This document shows, piece after piece, positions 35,298 to 48,152 of a stretch of DNA of 64,000 bases. A program made the position numbers and the translations under genes. Position 1 is the first letter of the stretch. Each line of letters starts with the position of its first letter. Below the pieces are notes generated by a model that worked only from the letters and a program-made list of their open reading frames with translations, made no database searches and was not told where the DNA came from. This DNA is from Chiloscyllium plagiosum (taxonomy: Eukaryota): contig NC_057719.1 of assembly GCF_004010195.1 (NCBI RefSeq), positions 71,874,055 through 71,938,054 of the forward strand. The letters are read 5' to 3'.

Positions 35298-36849
35298 AAA
35301 TCAGGTAAACAGTCAATTGTGGCTTCACCACGTAAAACTCTCCCAACAGATTATTAGTTTACCACATTTATGTAACCAATGCACACCCAATTAACTTTTA
35401 ATTAATACCCATCATTTGTTCCCACATTCTATGAGGTCTCAGGAATGCTTTCATACCTTATTTGAGTAAAACATTTCTAATATATTTTAAATAAAAGTTA
35501 CCTTCATAGGACTGAAATCAAAATCCATTTGCAAAACCTTAATTAATCTACATTCTTTTGTAAAATCCAGTTTCCCAAATGATAATGAAATACACTGTCC
35601 ACCATTATCACCCACACTCTGAACTCCTTGTTTTTTCCTTCATGGAGGAGAAGAGAGCATACAATCTAGAAGAGGAGTAAAGGCCTGAGAGAGGAGTAGG
35701 GAGGGTGGAGCCACCAATACCAGTCACTTTAGTCTCTGGAAATGCATAGATGTCAGCCTTGATTCTGAAGCACTCTGCAAGCATGAGTGTCCTGATGTCC
35801 TGGTATTCAGATTGTTTTGGTATATTGTTAGTGCTGATCCAACCTGTGTCTGAACCTTGCCTTCTTGAAGATGGGACTCTATATTCCTCTCACTTGTCTT
35901 GTGGCTGTGGTGAAGACAATTGGCGTCATCATAAGCAGTAATCCTTATGGTACACCCCTGGAAACAGATTGCCAATCATTCCTGAGTCTATAGCATTTTG
36001 AAAGATGACTTTCAATGCATGTTTTATCTATACAGCAATCTCTTTCAAAACTGTGAAGTCGATCATCACATCTAGGCAATTTATTTCCTTTAAGAATGAA
36101 CAATTTCTTTCATACTTTTTTTTATTAATAATATCTTACAGATTTACAGAATCTAGTCCTTAGATTCTCTATTATTTCTGGGAAATGTCAAATGAGAATA
36201 TAGATTTCATTACAAACCTTAATGAGCTATTTACAAGTATAGTTCTATAGGGATTCTCCACTCTCCTTCATAACAACACTGATAAACCCTGAAGATGACA
36301 TAATGATGTTGAATCCTGACTCCAATGTCATATTTAGGCAATTTACCTGCCCACACACAAATCCAAACCTTCCTTCTCTTGCTTGGGACTATCCTCCCAC
36401 CTACATGTAGATGAACCCAATTGAATAGAATGGAAGATTTAAGTTCAGAATGCTGCATTTTAATATCCTGACAATTATATATCAAGGGACTAGATGAAAT
36501 TTTAAGATTTGGGTTAACCACAATTAATGTAGTTTCTTCAACATAAAGTTACCCTTAAACTAAAGAGTGAGTGAATAAGTCCTTTCCTACCAAATTATCA
36601 ATGATCACAACCTCAAGTTAAAATTGGATTCATAATTGTTTAATCATCATCTTCTGTGCTGTTCCTGAAGGCAGTTTGAGTCCATTGCACTATGACCTCC
36701 AACAGAGGTAGTGTAAGGAGGCAGGACCTGAATCCAGCCCAGTCAAAATGGGAAATTGTTGACACCAACCTGATCCCACAGGCTGACCCACTAACCGATC
36801 CAACTGATCCTCCAAGAAGTCTGAGTTGTGGCAACAAATGCCTTTCCAT

Positions 36850-36955
36850 GGAACAAATACAGAAAATGCTGCAGAAACTCAGCATGTTTGGTAGCATCTG
36901 TGGCGATAGAAACAGAGTTAATGTTTTGAGTCCAGTATGACCTTTCTTCAGAACC
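36850..36955 (-). mobile_element. PLE-type terminal fragment (family 3), degenerate hammerhead
   Basis: Minus strand gttCTGAAGAaaggtcatactggactcaaaacattaactc. Confidence 0.7.
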
Positions 36956-37947
36956 TTTTACATCATGTTGTAACCAGAGCTGTGGATAATGATGGGACAA
37001 GGTCCAAATTCTTTGTATCTCATGGCTCACTGTGAGTCTCTCCAGGTCTTACTATTTTCATTGATGCGTTCTGGAAGAATTTACAAGTCGATACTCAACC
37101 TGGCCGATCACATTAATGCCACGCCTGCTTTGTTCATCAAGCCTTGGACTGGCCTACAAATGTAGAGTTGTTGGCTCAGAGACAAGGATACTGCATTTGC
37201 ACCAGAAGTCTCTATTCAATTTTTAAGAAATATGTATAAATATAATCAGAGCTACTTAGCAGTTGATCAGCAAATTGTTACAGGTACAGGTTTGAATAAA
37301 ATGAGTAGCAAATGTTACACAAAAAAAAATTCAACATTACTCTAAGTCAGTGCATATGTCTATTGAGCTTTACCACAGCATTGATTAGTGTTTGAGGTTA
37401 TAAATTGGTACAATTGCTTTCAACAAAATTCCTTAATTTAAGTGACATGTTAATAGCTTTGAATAGCTAATACATTGAGTTCAAGTCAAAAAAGTGTGAT
37501 TAACAACATTCAGAGCTAACACAATCTCATCCTCAGGAGTGATGTGGTTGAATCTGTCTCCTTCATTCATAGTCATTAGCTTTAAGAGTGTTGAGGCTAT
37601 GAATCCCTTTGCAACAACCCCTGTTGTTCTTTCTTTCAAATTAGACCTATCTTGATCATGAATAATGGTATCAAGACTGGCTTCACTTCCACTTTTCTCC
37701 AAGTCAGACTTATTATAATAGGGTAACATTCTTCTCTCTGCCTGTAACAGGTATAGGTAGCCACAATTTAGCTTCAGACCTCTGACACTGTCCTTAAAAT
37801 ATCTTGTCCTAATAAAAAAAATCTCCAGAACCTGCAAATATGAGTTCTGGTGGAAGTAGAATTGAGCAGATAAAAGTCATTTTCTGATTAAAATATAGAG
37901 TCTAATAAAGAATGCTACTCATAACAAAGTCAGAAGTCAAACGAGGT

Positions 37948-38965
37948 TATAGTCATAGAGTCATCAAGTCATAAAAATAGACAGGGTGGAAATAGACCCT
38001 TCCAGCCAACTCATCCATGCTGACCAGATATCCTAAATTTATCTCGTCTCATTTGATAGCACTGACCCAAATCCTTCTAAACCCTTCCTATTCATATACC
38101 CGACCAGATGCCTTTTAAATGTTTTAATTGTACCAGCCTCCACCACTTCCTCTGGCAGCTCATTCCATACATGCACCACCCTTTGCGTGAACAAATTGCC
38201 CTTAGATCCCTTTTAAATCTTCCCCCTCTCACTACTCTAGTTCCGGATTCCCCCAACCCAGGGAAAAGACCTTGTCTATCGACTTTAATCTCCAGCATCT
38301 GCAGTCCTCACTTTCGCCACCTTGTCTATTGACATGCCCCTCATGATTTTATAAACCTCTATAAGGTCACCCCTCAGCCTCTGACACACCAGGGGAAACA
38401 ACCCCAGCCTATGCAGCCTCTCCCTATAGCTCAAATCCTCCTACTTTGGCAACATCCTTCTAAATCTTTTCTGAACCCTTTCAAGTTTCACAACATCCTT
38501 CCAATAGGAGGAAGACCAGACTTGCATACAATATTCCAAAAGTGGCCTAACCAGTGTCCTGTATAGTCTGTATCATGACCTCCCAAATCCTATACTCAAT
38601 GCTCTGTCCAATAAAGGAAAGCATACTAAACGCCTTCTTCACTATCCTATCCATCTGCAACCCCACATTCAAAGAATTATGAACCTGCACTCCAAGGTCT
38701 TTTTGTTCAGCAACACTCCCCAGGACCTTACCATTAAGTGTGTAGGTCTTGCTCTGATTTGCCTTTCCTAAACGCAACACCTCATATTTATCTAAATTAA
38801 ACTCCATCTGCCTCTCCTTGGCCCATTGGCCCATCTGATCAAGATCCCGTTGTACTCTGAGGTAACCTTCTTCACTGTCCACTGCACCTCCAATTTTGGT
38901 GTCATCTGCAAACTTACTAACTCACATCCAAATCATTTATATAAATGACAAAAAGCATTGGACCC
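37948..38965 (-). mobile_element. CR1/HER1-type LINE RT to 3' end
   Basis: SKFADDTKIG, LRVQRDLDQMGQWA..QMEFN; tail repeats of the gtcatagagtcat type. Confidence 0.93.
38280..38318 (+). mobile_element. 39-bp PLE extreme-terminus insertion in the CR1, 11-bp TSD
   Basis: accttgtctat at 38269-38279 and 38319-38329 flanks cgactttaatctccagcatctgcagtcctcactttcgcc. Confidence 0.85.
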
Positions 38966-39146
38966 TAGTCCAACATGTTTATTTGAAATTGCAAGCTTTT
39001 GGAGCGACGCTCCTTCATCAGGTGAAGACCAAAGACCAGCGCTCCAAAAGCTTGTGATTTCACATAAACTTGTTGAACTATAACCTGTTGTTGTATGACG
39101 TCTGACCTTGTCTACCCCAGTCCAACACTGGCACCTCCAAATCATG
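38966..39146 (+). mobile_element. Fold-back PLE-type terminal repeat (family 2) with mutated hammerhead motif
   Basis: Inverted arms around 39010-39035; minus strand cacCTGATGAaggagcgtcgctccAAAAgctt (G12 changed to A). Confidence 0.8.
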
Positions 39147-39649
39147 ACTTCTGACAAAGATAAAGAAAATTTCTATTTCTGAATGGACAGTGTTCCCTCT
39201 TTTCGAGTCAATCATCGTCAACAGCCTGGACTGAGACATTGGCTTCCAGAGATGTTAGTTCTACTCTTATCTGATGTCACATGTTACTGCTTTAATGAAG
39301 GAACCTGCACAGTGACCTGTGAATATCTCTTTTGTTTTCTTCCCTGGATTTGAGACAATGAAAATGATCTTATGAATCCACTAATTAAATCCCTGTATTC
39401 ACCTTCCACTTCCCAGCACTAGTCTAATATCCGAACTCTGTTGAATGGGTCTTCACAGGCAGTTCATAACATACACTCCTCGCAAATCTCAACGGTCATT
39501 TCATATCATTTTATGGAGTTACGATCATATGTCTATTGGCACATTGATTGAAAATGCGAAAATGTAGAGAAGGATCCATCCCAGATGGTGCAAGTCATTT
39601 AGACAGGTTGTCAACCAGCTTTCTGCATCAGTTTGACAAATCAGATAAG

Positions 39650-39935
39650 CAGCTCTGTCTGGGTGGAGTTTCCACATTCTCCCCATGTTTGTGTGGGTTT
39701 CCTCAAGAGCTGTTGTTTCCTTCCACAGTCAAAAGATGTGTAAGTTTCGTGGATTGGCCATGCTAACTTGCTCATTGTGTCTGGGGGCGTGCAGGCTTTA
39801 GTGGATTAGCCATTGGAAATGGCAGGTCACAGGGATAGGGTACTGGTGTGTGTCTGGGTGGCATATGTTTTGGAAAATTGGTGTGGATTCGATGGGCCAA
39901 ATGGCCTACTTCCACACTGTAGGAATTCTATTCTA
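39650..39935 (+). mobile_element. HE1-type SINE lacking the tRNA head
   Basis: gtggagtttccacattctccccatg...gatgggccaaatggcctacttccacactgtagg. Confidence 0.8.
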
Positions 39936-40033
39936 TAAACTCATCCCTGCTAACCTTAATTGATAATCTTAATTAATGTAATCTTATCTAATCTTAATTA
40001 ATCTTCAAATTGATAAATTCTTAATCTTGCAAG

Positions 40034-40154
40034 GAATTAAGGGGTATGGGGAGAGTGCGGGTAAGTGGCTTTGAAATGCCCATCAGCCATGATTGAATGG
40101 CAGAGTGGACTCAATGGGCCGAATGGCCTTACTTTCACTCCTATTCTTATGGTC
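40034..40154 (+). mobile_element. Short CR1-group 3' tail
   Basis: aaggggtatggggagagtgcggg...catcagccatgattgaatggcagag...gggccgaatggcc. Confidence 0.8.
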
Positions 40155-41101
40155 TAATCTGGCAAGTGGAATTTCCAGTTTTGCTTTTGATAGTTTACAC
40201 TTTTTGGATTTTTGAAATAACACTAACATGCAACTGCATTATCTAGAAATGCAATGTTTTAAGGTCCTTTTATATCTGGGAATGACTCCCTTGTAAGTGA
40301 AACCAAAATTCTATCTCATTGAGAAATCCCAGGGCATACCAGACCATGTCCAAACATATGGATTGATATATTGCCTGTCCACAAATTGACCATGACAATT
40401 AGATATGGAATTTGCAGACAGTACACAACATTTGTTTTAAAATAAATGTTTCTTGGCAATTTCAATATTTAAACCAAGATCAGATTTACTGGAACCCATA
40501 TTGATGTCAGTGTTCATGTTAGCTGATAAAGTATATTGTTCAATCTAAAAGTGGTTTGACACAATCATCTTCTATTTCTATGACGACAGTAATTGTTCAG
40601 TTATAAATATTTCAGGAAATTCAGAGCTCGTAAGCAGAACTTTCATTGAGTGTGGTAGAAATTTAGTTGTGAACTTTTATGCCAGGTGTTGAAGGAAGTG
40701 AAAGGTTGTAGATGTGGTAGATACTGGTGAAGTGTTTGGCTTTCTGTCAACATATGCATTTATTGGTATGGTTGAAGAATCTGGCAGGAAGGTATCTTTT
40801 CCACCCTCTACCCACCAGTTAATAATCTGCTAGTGCATTATCCGCTGTATGTTTGGTGCACAGAATATGGATAAAACATATTTCTTAAAAACTGAATTAC
40901 TTTAACTTGATTTTTCTTTGCCTGACATAAACATACTTGTTAAGGTTGGTAAAACACTGATATGGAGAGGTGAAAGTAGCTCAGTAGTAGTTGGGCGCTT
41001 CAGGATTTATGTAAGATCCTTTCTAATGGTATTTCATGGTTAGTGAAACCTTACAATATTTCTAAGTCTAAAAGGAGTTGCTCAATTCATAATATTCAGT
41101 G

Positions 41102-43895
41102 ATCTTCTAGATTGCCGCCAAAACCACCGTGAAGACTACCCGGCACGTTACTTCCACGCCCGTAGTTGCCGCCGCCTCAGCCACTTCCACCCCCACCGAT
41201 GTCACTCACCGGAACATCGCTGACAGATACACAGCCACTGCTGAAGACATTGCAAAAGTCAAATGAAACGTCATTTTCACCCCCAGTGGATACCACCGAG
41301 TACACTCCTTCCGCCTCTCTGACCCCCACAATTTGCGTCACTTCCTTTGGTGACATCGCCCACGATACCATGACCACACTCCCTCCAGAGACAGTCTCCG
41401 ACCCAACTCCCAGCTTCAGCTCACACCAGATCCTAGCTCCCAGCCTTGCCATGTTTTTACTATTCCCCACAGACCATCTCCTCACTGAGGATGATCAGTC
41501 CTCAGTAAAGGCTTTGCCATCGTCCCACTACGCTCCCAGATCAACGAATTTAACACGCATCGCGACATTGAATATTTCTTCTGCCGCCTCCGCCTCTCTG
41601 TTTACTTTCTCCACCAGGACTCCCAGCCATCCTCCAAGGTCCCCTCCTTCCATCTCCAACACACTCCATCCAGTTGGACACACTGTGCTAGTTTTTTACC
41701 TATCCTCAATCTCTCCATCTCCAACTGCCGCCACAGCATCGACCACCTCAACCTGTCGAACCCCCTCACCCACTCCAACCTCTCACCCTTGCAACGCACA
41801 GCTCCATCCACAACTTCACCACCAAACCAGCAGACAAGTGGGTGCGCTGTGGTAGTTTGGTGCACTGACCTGTACATTGCCAAAGCCAGGCAGCAACTCC
41901 TGGACACCTCCTCCTACTGCCCCCTCAACCACAACCTCACCTCCCATTACCAAACCATCATCTCCCAGACTATCCACAACCTGATAACCTCAGGGGATCT
42001 CCCATCCACAGACTCCAATCTCATAGTCCTGGAAACCTGCAGCACCCAGTTTTACTTCCTACCCAAAATCCGCAAACCTGACTGCCTTGGTCGACCCACC
42101 GTCTCGGCCTGATCCTATCCCATCGAAAGCATCTCCTCATTTCTCAGCTCCGTCCTGTCCCCCTAGGTCCAGGATCTCTCCACATACATTCAGGACACCA
42201 CCCATGCCCTCCACCTCCTCCATGACTTTCAGTTCCGCAGTCCTCAATGCCTCATCTTCACCGTGGATATCCGGTCCCTGTACACATTCATCCGCCAGGG
42301 TGAACATCCCAAACCTTCCATTTCTTCCTCTCAGCCAACACAACCAATACCCTTCCACCAACACACTCATTCAATTGGCTGAACTGGTCCTCACACTCAA
42401 AAACTTCTCCTTTGAATCCTGCCACTTCCATCAGACCAAAGGGGTAAGAATGGGTACCCGCATGGGCCCCAGCTATGCCTGCCTCTTCGTTGGGTATGTG
42501 GAACAGTCCATCTTCCGCAGCTACACTGCACCATTCTCCACCTTTTCCTCTGCTACATCGATGACTGTATTGGTGCCACCTCATGCTCCCACAAGGAAGT
42601 TTAACAGTTCATCAACTTCACAAACAACTTGCACCCTGACCTCAAGTTCACCTGGACAATCTCGGACACCTGCCTCCCCTTCGTGGATCTCTCCACCTCC
42701 ATTTCCAGCGATCAACTCAACACAGACATCTACTTCAAACCCACTGACACCCACAACTACCTGGTCTATACCTCCTCCCACTCTCACTCCTGTAAAACCA
42801 TTATCTCTTACTCCCAATTCCTTTGCTTCCACTGCATCTGCTCCGAGACGGACCAATCCCACTCCAGAACATCCCAGACCGCAATTTCCCCTCCCACATG
42901 GTCAACAATGGCCTCCAGCTCATCTCCTCCACTTGCCGCACCTCCGCCCTTCAATCCCACCTCTCCAACTGCAACAAGGACGAAATCCCCCCAGTCTTCA
43001 CCTTCCGCTCCACCAACATCTGAACACAACGCATCATCCTCCACCATATCTGCCACCTACAGTCAGACTCCACCACCAGAGATATATATCCCTCCCCATC
43101 CCTTTCAGCATTCCCTCTGTGACTCCCTCGTTAGGTCCACACCCCTCTCCAACTCACCCTCTACTCCTGGCACTTTCCCTTGCCACTGCAAGAGGTGTAA
43201 AACCTGCGCCCACACCTTCTCCTCACCACCATCCAAAGCTCCAGAGGATCCTTCCACATTCAGCAGAGGTTTTTCTGTACCTCCAAACACCTCATCTACT
43301 GTATCATTTGCTCTCGACGTGGTCTCCTCTACATTGGGGAGGCAGGATGCCAACTCACAAAACGTTTCAAGGAACATCTCTGGGACACACTCTTAACAAT
43401 CCCACCACCCTGTGCCTGATCACTTCAGCTCCCCCTTCCACTCTGCCAAGGACATGCAAGTCCTGGGCCTCCTCTACCACTAAACCTAGCCACCCAAAAA
43501 TTGGAGCATGAACACCTCATCGCCCACCTTGAGACCTTCAAACCACGCGGCATTAATGTCAATTTCACCAGTTTCATCATCTCCCCTCCACCACCTTATT
43601 TCAGATCCAACCCTCCAACTTGGCACCACCCTCTTGAACTGTTCTACCTGTCCATCTTCCTTCCCACCTGTCTGCTCCACCCTCCTCTCTGATCTATCAC
43701 CATCACCCCCCACCTTCATCTACCTACTGCATTCCCAGCTACCTCCCCCTCAGCACCTTCCCTCCCATTTATCTCTCAGACCCCTTGTCCCCTCTCCTAC
43801 ATTCCTGATGAAGGGACTATTCTCAAAATGTCAACTCTCCTGCTCCTCGGATGCTACCTGACTGGCTGTGCTTTCTCAGTGCCATACTTTTTGAC
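41102..43895 (+). mobile_element. Penelope-like element (Neptune type): RT, Cys linker, GIY-YIG and terminus; frameshifted
   Basis: FYFLPKIRKP, MGTRMGPSYACLFVGYVE, YIDD, HPDLKFTW, YFKPTDTH, PCHCKRCKTC, LIYCIIC..LYIGE; ctgatgaaggg at 43805; possible TSD tattcagtg (41093-41101, 43896-43904). Confidence 0.95.
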
Positions 43896-44299
43896 TATTC
43901 AGTGTCCAGACTAGCATAGGATCTCAATAACACTTTGGAAAATTAAACAGATTATACAATTCTTGACCCTATACAAGAAGCCGGTCCAGTGTTCTCGAAG
44001 CCACTTTCTTACACACGTGTTAAAAGCACCAAAGCTCAATCATGGAGTTCTTCAATTACTTATAAATGTGCTGTTACATTATCAATAGCACTAAGTTCTT
44101 TAAAATATACAAGTGAAAATTCTCTGTAACCATGGCAATAGAATCCAGTAGCGGAGAACCATCTACACTGAAATTATAAAAACACAATGGTGGGTCACTG
44201 TAGATTAAATTGTATTGCAAAGTGCATTTTACTACAACCAGATGTATTGTATTGTCAATTTTCAAGAGCAATTGTAAAAGTAATATTTGTCCCTGAAAG

Positions 44300-45625
44300 A
44301 CAGACATAAATATAAATTATAATTGACAATCAGATAATGGCAGACTTTCTATTCATTTTTACTATCGAGGATAAGTACCGGAGATACAAAAAAATATTGT
44401 ACATCAAGGGGAGGAACATATTAGGTCTAAAACCAATTAAAAATTGATAGTAAGGAAATGATAAGAGTAGAGATAGATGAATATCCAGTGTCTGATGGTT
44501 TTCACTCTAGGGGAATTAAGTGAAGTTAGTAAGGAAATTGCAAATGCATTGGCCATGATCTTCCAAATATGCTTGGATTAGAAAATTGACAGTGTTACAG
44601 TCCTATTTAGGAAAGATAAGAAAGAGACATTAGAATATCAAAGGCTTATTAGTTTAACAGCTGACGTGCACATATTATTAGAGTATGTTATTGGGGAGAG
44701 AATGACTAAGCACTTAAGCAATAATGAACTAAATAAAAGAGCCAGAATAGAGTCTTTTAAGGGCACGATCATTTAAAGCGATTGTGTTTGAGTTAATAAT
44801 AGATCTGGTAGATAGAGGGGTCAGTGGGGGAGGGGGGGATGGTTGTGGATTTTACTTTGATGGGCTACAAAGAGACAGGAGGAGTCATGGTGTAGATTCA
44901 CCAAATTATAGCAGATTTTAAAGCTTAAATCATGAGAACAGATTGCAAAATCTTAATTCATGATTTAGAAGATGACAGTGCCCTAATACAGACATTTTTA
45001 AATGATAAGGGATTCAGTGGAAATTCCTTTCTCTGATGGGAAATGCAGAACAACAAAAATGATATTAAATCTAGAGCTAGGCATTCAGTGTCTTTTTTAA
45101 TTGTTCATGGGACGTGATCATCACTGATAGGCCAATCTTTATTTCATGTCCCTAACTACCTTGGAGAGGGTGATAGTGAGTAACCTTAAACCACTGCTGT
45201 GCTTAGGGTGTAGGAACAGTCACAGTGCTGTTAGACAAGGAGTGCCAGGGGTTTGACCCAGCAATAAAGAAGGAACCATGATGAAGCTCCTTGTCCAGGA
45301 TAGTGTGTGCCTCAAAGGAGAACCTGCAGGTATGATGATGTTCCCATAAAACTGCTGCCCTTGTCCTTCTAGGTCATAGAGGTGGAGGACATGGAAGATG
45401 CTGGCAAAGAAATGAAGTCAGTAAATACTTTTTCCTACAAAGAGTAATGGAAGGCTGAAACATTCTCCACAAAGGAAACTCTGGGTACCATTAAAATTTG
45501 TCAGATTGAGATCATAGCTTTGTTTTTAATATCGGCATCAATAAATATGGACTGAAAGAAGGTAAGTGAAGTGAAGCTACAGAGTGGCCACGATCTAATT
45601 AAATTGTAAATGGGCTAAATGCTGT
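44300..45625 (+). mobile_element. Very old CR1 remnant with a nested minus-strand LINE tail (about 45092-45412)
   Basis: Decayed EIANALAMIFQ, VTVLFRK and CR1 3' motifs; the nested part matches 6410-6730. Confidence 0.65.
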
Positions 45626-47724
45626 TCTCTCATCCCACATTTCCAGACATACCCACAATCTGTCCTCATAATTTAATGCTTACAGCCTTGGTATAATTTA
45701 ATGAATATGCACTCTAACCTTCTGGCCTTTTAAAAATCCATCGTAGTAACAATAGAAAATCCTCGAGATGTAATTGGACAAGGTAATCCTGAGGAAAGTA
45801 TCAGTTTATGAAACAGAAAGAAACATTCCAAATGCAGCCAAGCCATTTGAGGAAATTGCTACTTGTGCAAATGATGTCACCTCCAAGGGGGTTCATGGGG
45901 TGAATGAGAATGACATTCACTGGGCTGAAGGAGAGATGGAGAAGTATAATGCTTCCCCACTACACATAAAGAATTGGCTCTACTGAATGTGCAGAGGGCA
46001 CTCAAACCACAATATGTTTTCCAAGCTTTCATGGCAGCCTCCAACTATTGGCCCCACTTCTCATTTCCTCAATTCACCTCAATATTTCAAGATGTGTTCC
46101 TAACTTGTTGGCAACCAAAGACTCTCACAATTTGAGCACGTTTTCTCACCAACTTTCTACATGATTATTAAAACTACTTCAATGTTCTTTTTCTATAATT
46201 TCACAACAAGTGTAGTGTTGCCTCTTAATGCACCAAACATATTTTTCTTCTCTGTTCAGAGCAGAGGGCTGTACATTAGCATCAGCAATGAGGTTTTCTC
46301 AGAATGGTCAAGCTGCAATACTTCACACATCAGAAGGTTTTGCCATTCCCAATGTCTGTATGGAGGCCAGCGAGGAATTGTAATAGCTTTATGCTAGCCT
46401 GGCAGGGTAAGTATTCAATTCAAATTTTCTTCTTTGTAGCACCTAACACTTAGTGAATAATGCAGAAAGAAAGAGAAGTCTTTTGCTTTCAAAGACAGTT
46501 GAAGATAGAGCAATCAAAACTGTAATGTCGATATTAGTGGATAGTTGTTAGACAAGGATATCAAGGATTTCTGAACCAAACTTTGTAAATAAAGTTAAGA
46601 TCATCCATTTTGATCTAGCTGAATGGAGACAGATTCAAGGGGCTAAAGGACTGATCTACTCAGTTTTCTGTGTTACTAGAAGTCCATGTTCCACATCAGC
46701 ACTTTAACTGCAAGGAATCAAGAAGACTAGTCTACCACATTCTTAAAACTTTCAAAACAACTTTAGTTGGACAGACTTCAAAAGACTTTAACCTCAAATA
46801 GGAAACTCTAACTAACCACAAATACCAAGACCACTGCCTCAGGTTGCATAATAAATTCAACTAATTTCATTCATTGATTCCATTTCATTTTATTGTGGAT
46901 TTCATATCATCAATATTTGGGGATCACAACTCAATTGTGTTTCTGTGAAGAGTGAAATAGGATGTAAAACTGAGAGCTGTACTGAGTGGAATAGCACATC
47001 AGCTTACCACTGTGTGAGTTGCAACTGCATAAAGTATTTTACATAGTGGCCAACCATTACAGCTTGGTGTGGTCAGACAACTCTTCTGGCCTCTGTGTCT
47101 AAGTCAGCAGCTAACTTGGAGCTGGCTTGGATAATGAGAATTTGATGACTTGAAAGAGCATACGTGTTTGTTTTAATTTTGGGATATACATGTAGATCTG
47201 GTAGTGAAAGCAAAGGTGTTTTTAATCTTAATTTTGTCATGAGCATTGGCAATGCAACGAATCTCATTGGCATATTGACAATTTAGCTGCAAAGTTGATT
47301 TTAAAACAATTTCGTTTAGTAATCCTTGGAGCACCAACTTATTCTACTGTGTATCAGCCAACATCTCTTATGCCTCGTTTTCCATCTTCTCTTTTCTACA
47401 TCTTCCTCTTCCTTTTCTTCCTCTGTATGCAAGTATGTGTTTTTATTTTTAAAACTAGGCTCTTGCAGCATAGAAGGCAGCATTCAACCTTTAGTGTTTA
47501 TGGTGACCCTTTAAAGAGTTACCCAATTTGGTCCCAAAGACCTGCTTATTCTCTTCAACTTGGCATCTTGCAAAAGCAAAATAGCGCAAAAGGTGGAAAT
47601 AACTTTTTGAGACTTGCATGGGACTGTCAAGTGGGACCTCACTTGGTTAACACTGTTTTACAGTGACACTTCTTTACTATGTCACTCATGAACGGAAATC
47701 ACCTTCACACTTCTTAGGAGTCTT

Positions 47725-48152
47725 TAACATAAGAATAGAAGAAATAGGAGTAGGAGTAGGCCATTCAGCCATTCATGCGTACCTCAACATTCAGTTAAAT
47801 CATGGTTGATCAGCCCCGGGCCTCAACTCCTCATTTGAGCCAGCTCAATGTAGCTGTCAACTACCTGATATTTCAAAAATATATCTCCCTCCTCCTCCAA
47901 TACTTTCAACGATCTAGCCTCCACACCTCTCTGGGATAGAGCATTCCATATATTCACTACTTTCCGGGAGAAGAGATTCCTTTGCATCTCAGATTGAAAT
48001 GAGTGTCTCCTTATTCTGTAACTCTGCCCCCGACTGTGAGATTCTCACACTAATAAAACATCTTCTCAACATCTACCCAGTCAAGTCACCTCAGAATCTT
48101 GCATCACTATCATCCCTCATCTTCTGAGCTGTAATGAATAAAAGCCTAACCT
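47725..48152 (-). mobile_element. CR1-group LINE 3' fragment
   Basis: aacataagaatagaagaaataggagtaggagtaggccattcagcc... Confidence 0.85.

Noticed and set aside
37481..37837. 118-aa minus-strand ORF with a possible acceptor (ctgttacag)
   Set aside because: No recognisable domain, weak pyrimidine tract, no partner exons; cannot be supported without a homology search.
42087..43511. 474-aa ORF, the longest in the window
   Set aside because: Only a short part is in the PLE RT frame. The rest is off-frame read-through of C-rich PLE sequence, so it is not a host gene or an intact PLE ORF.
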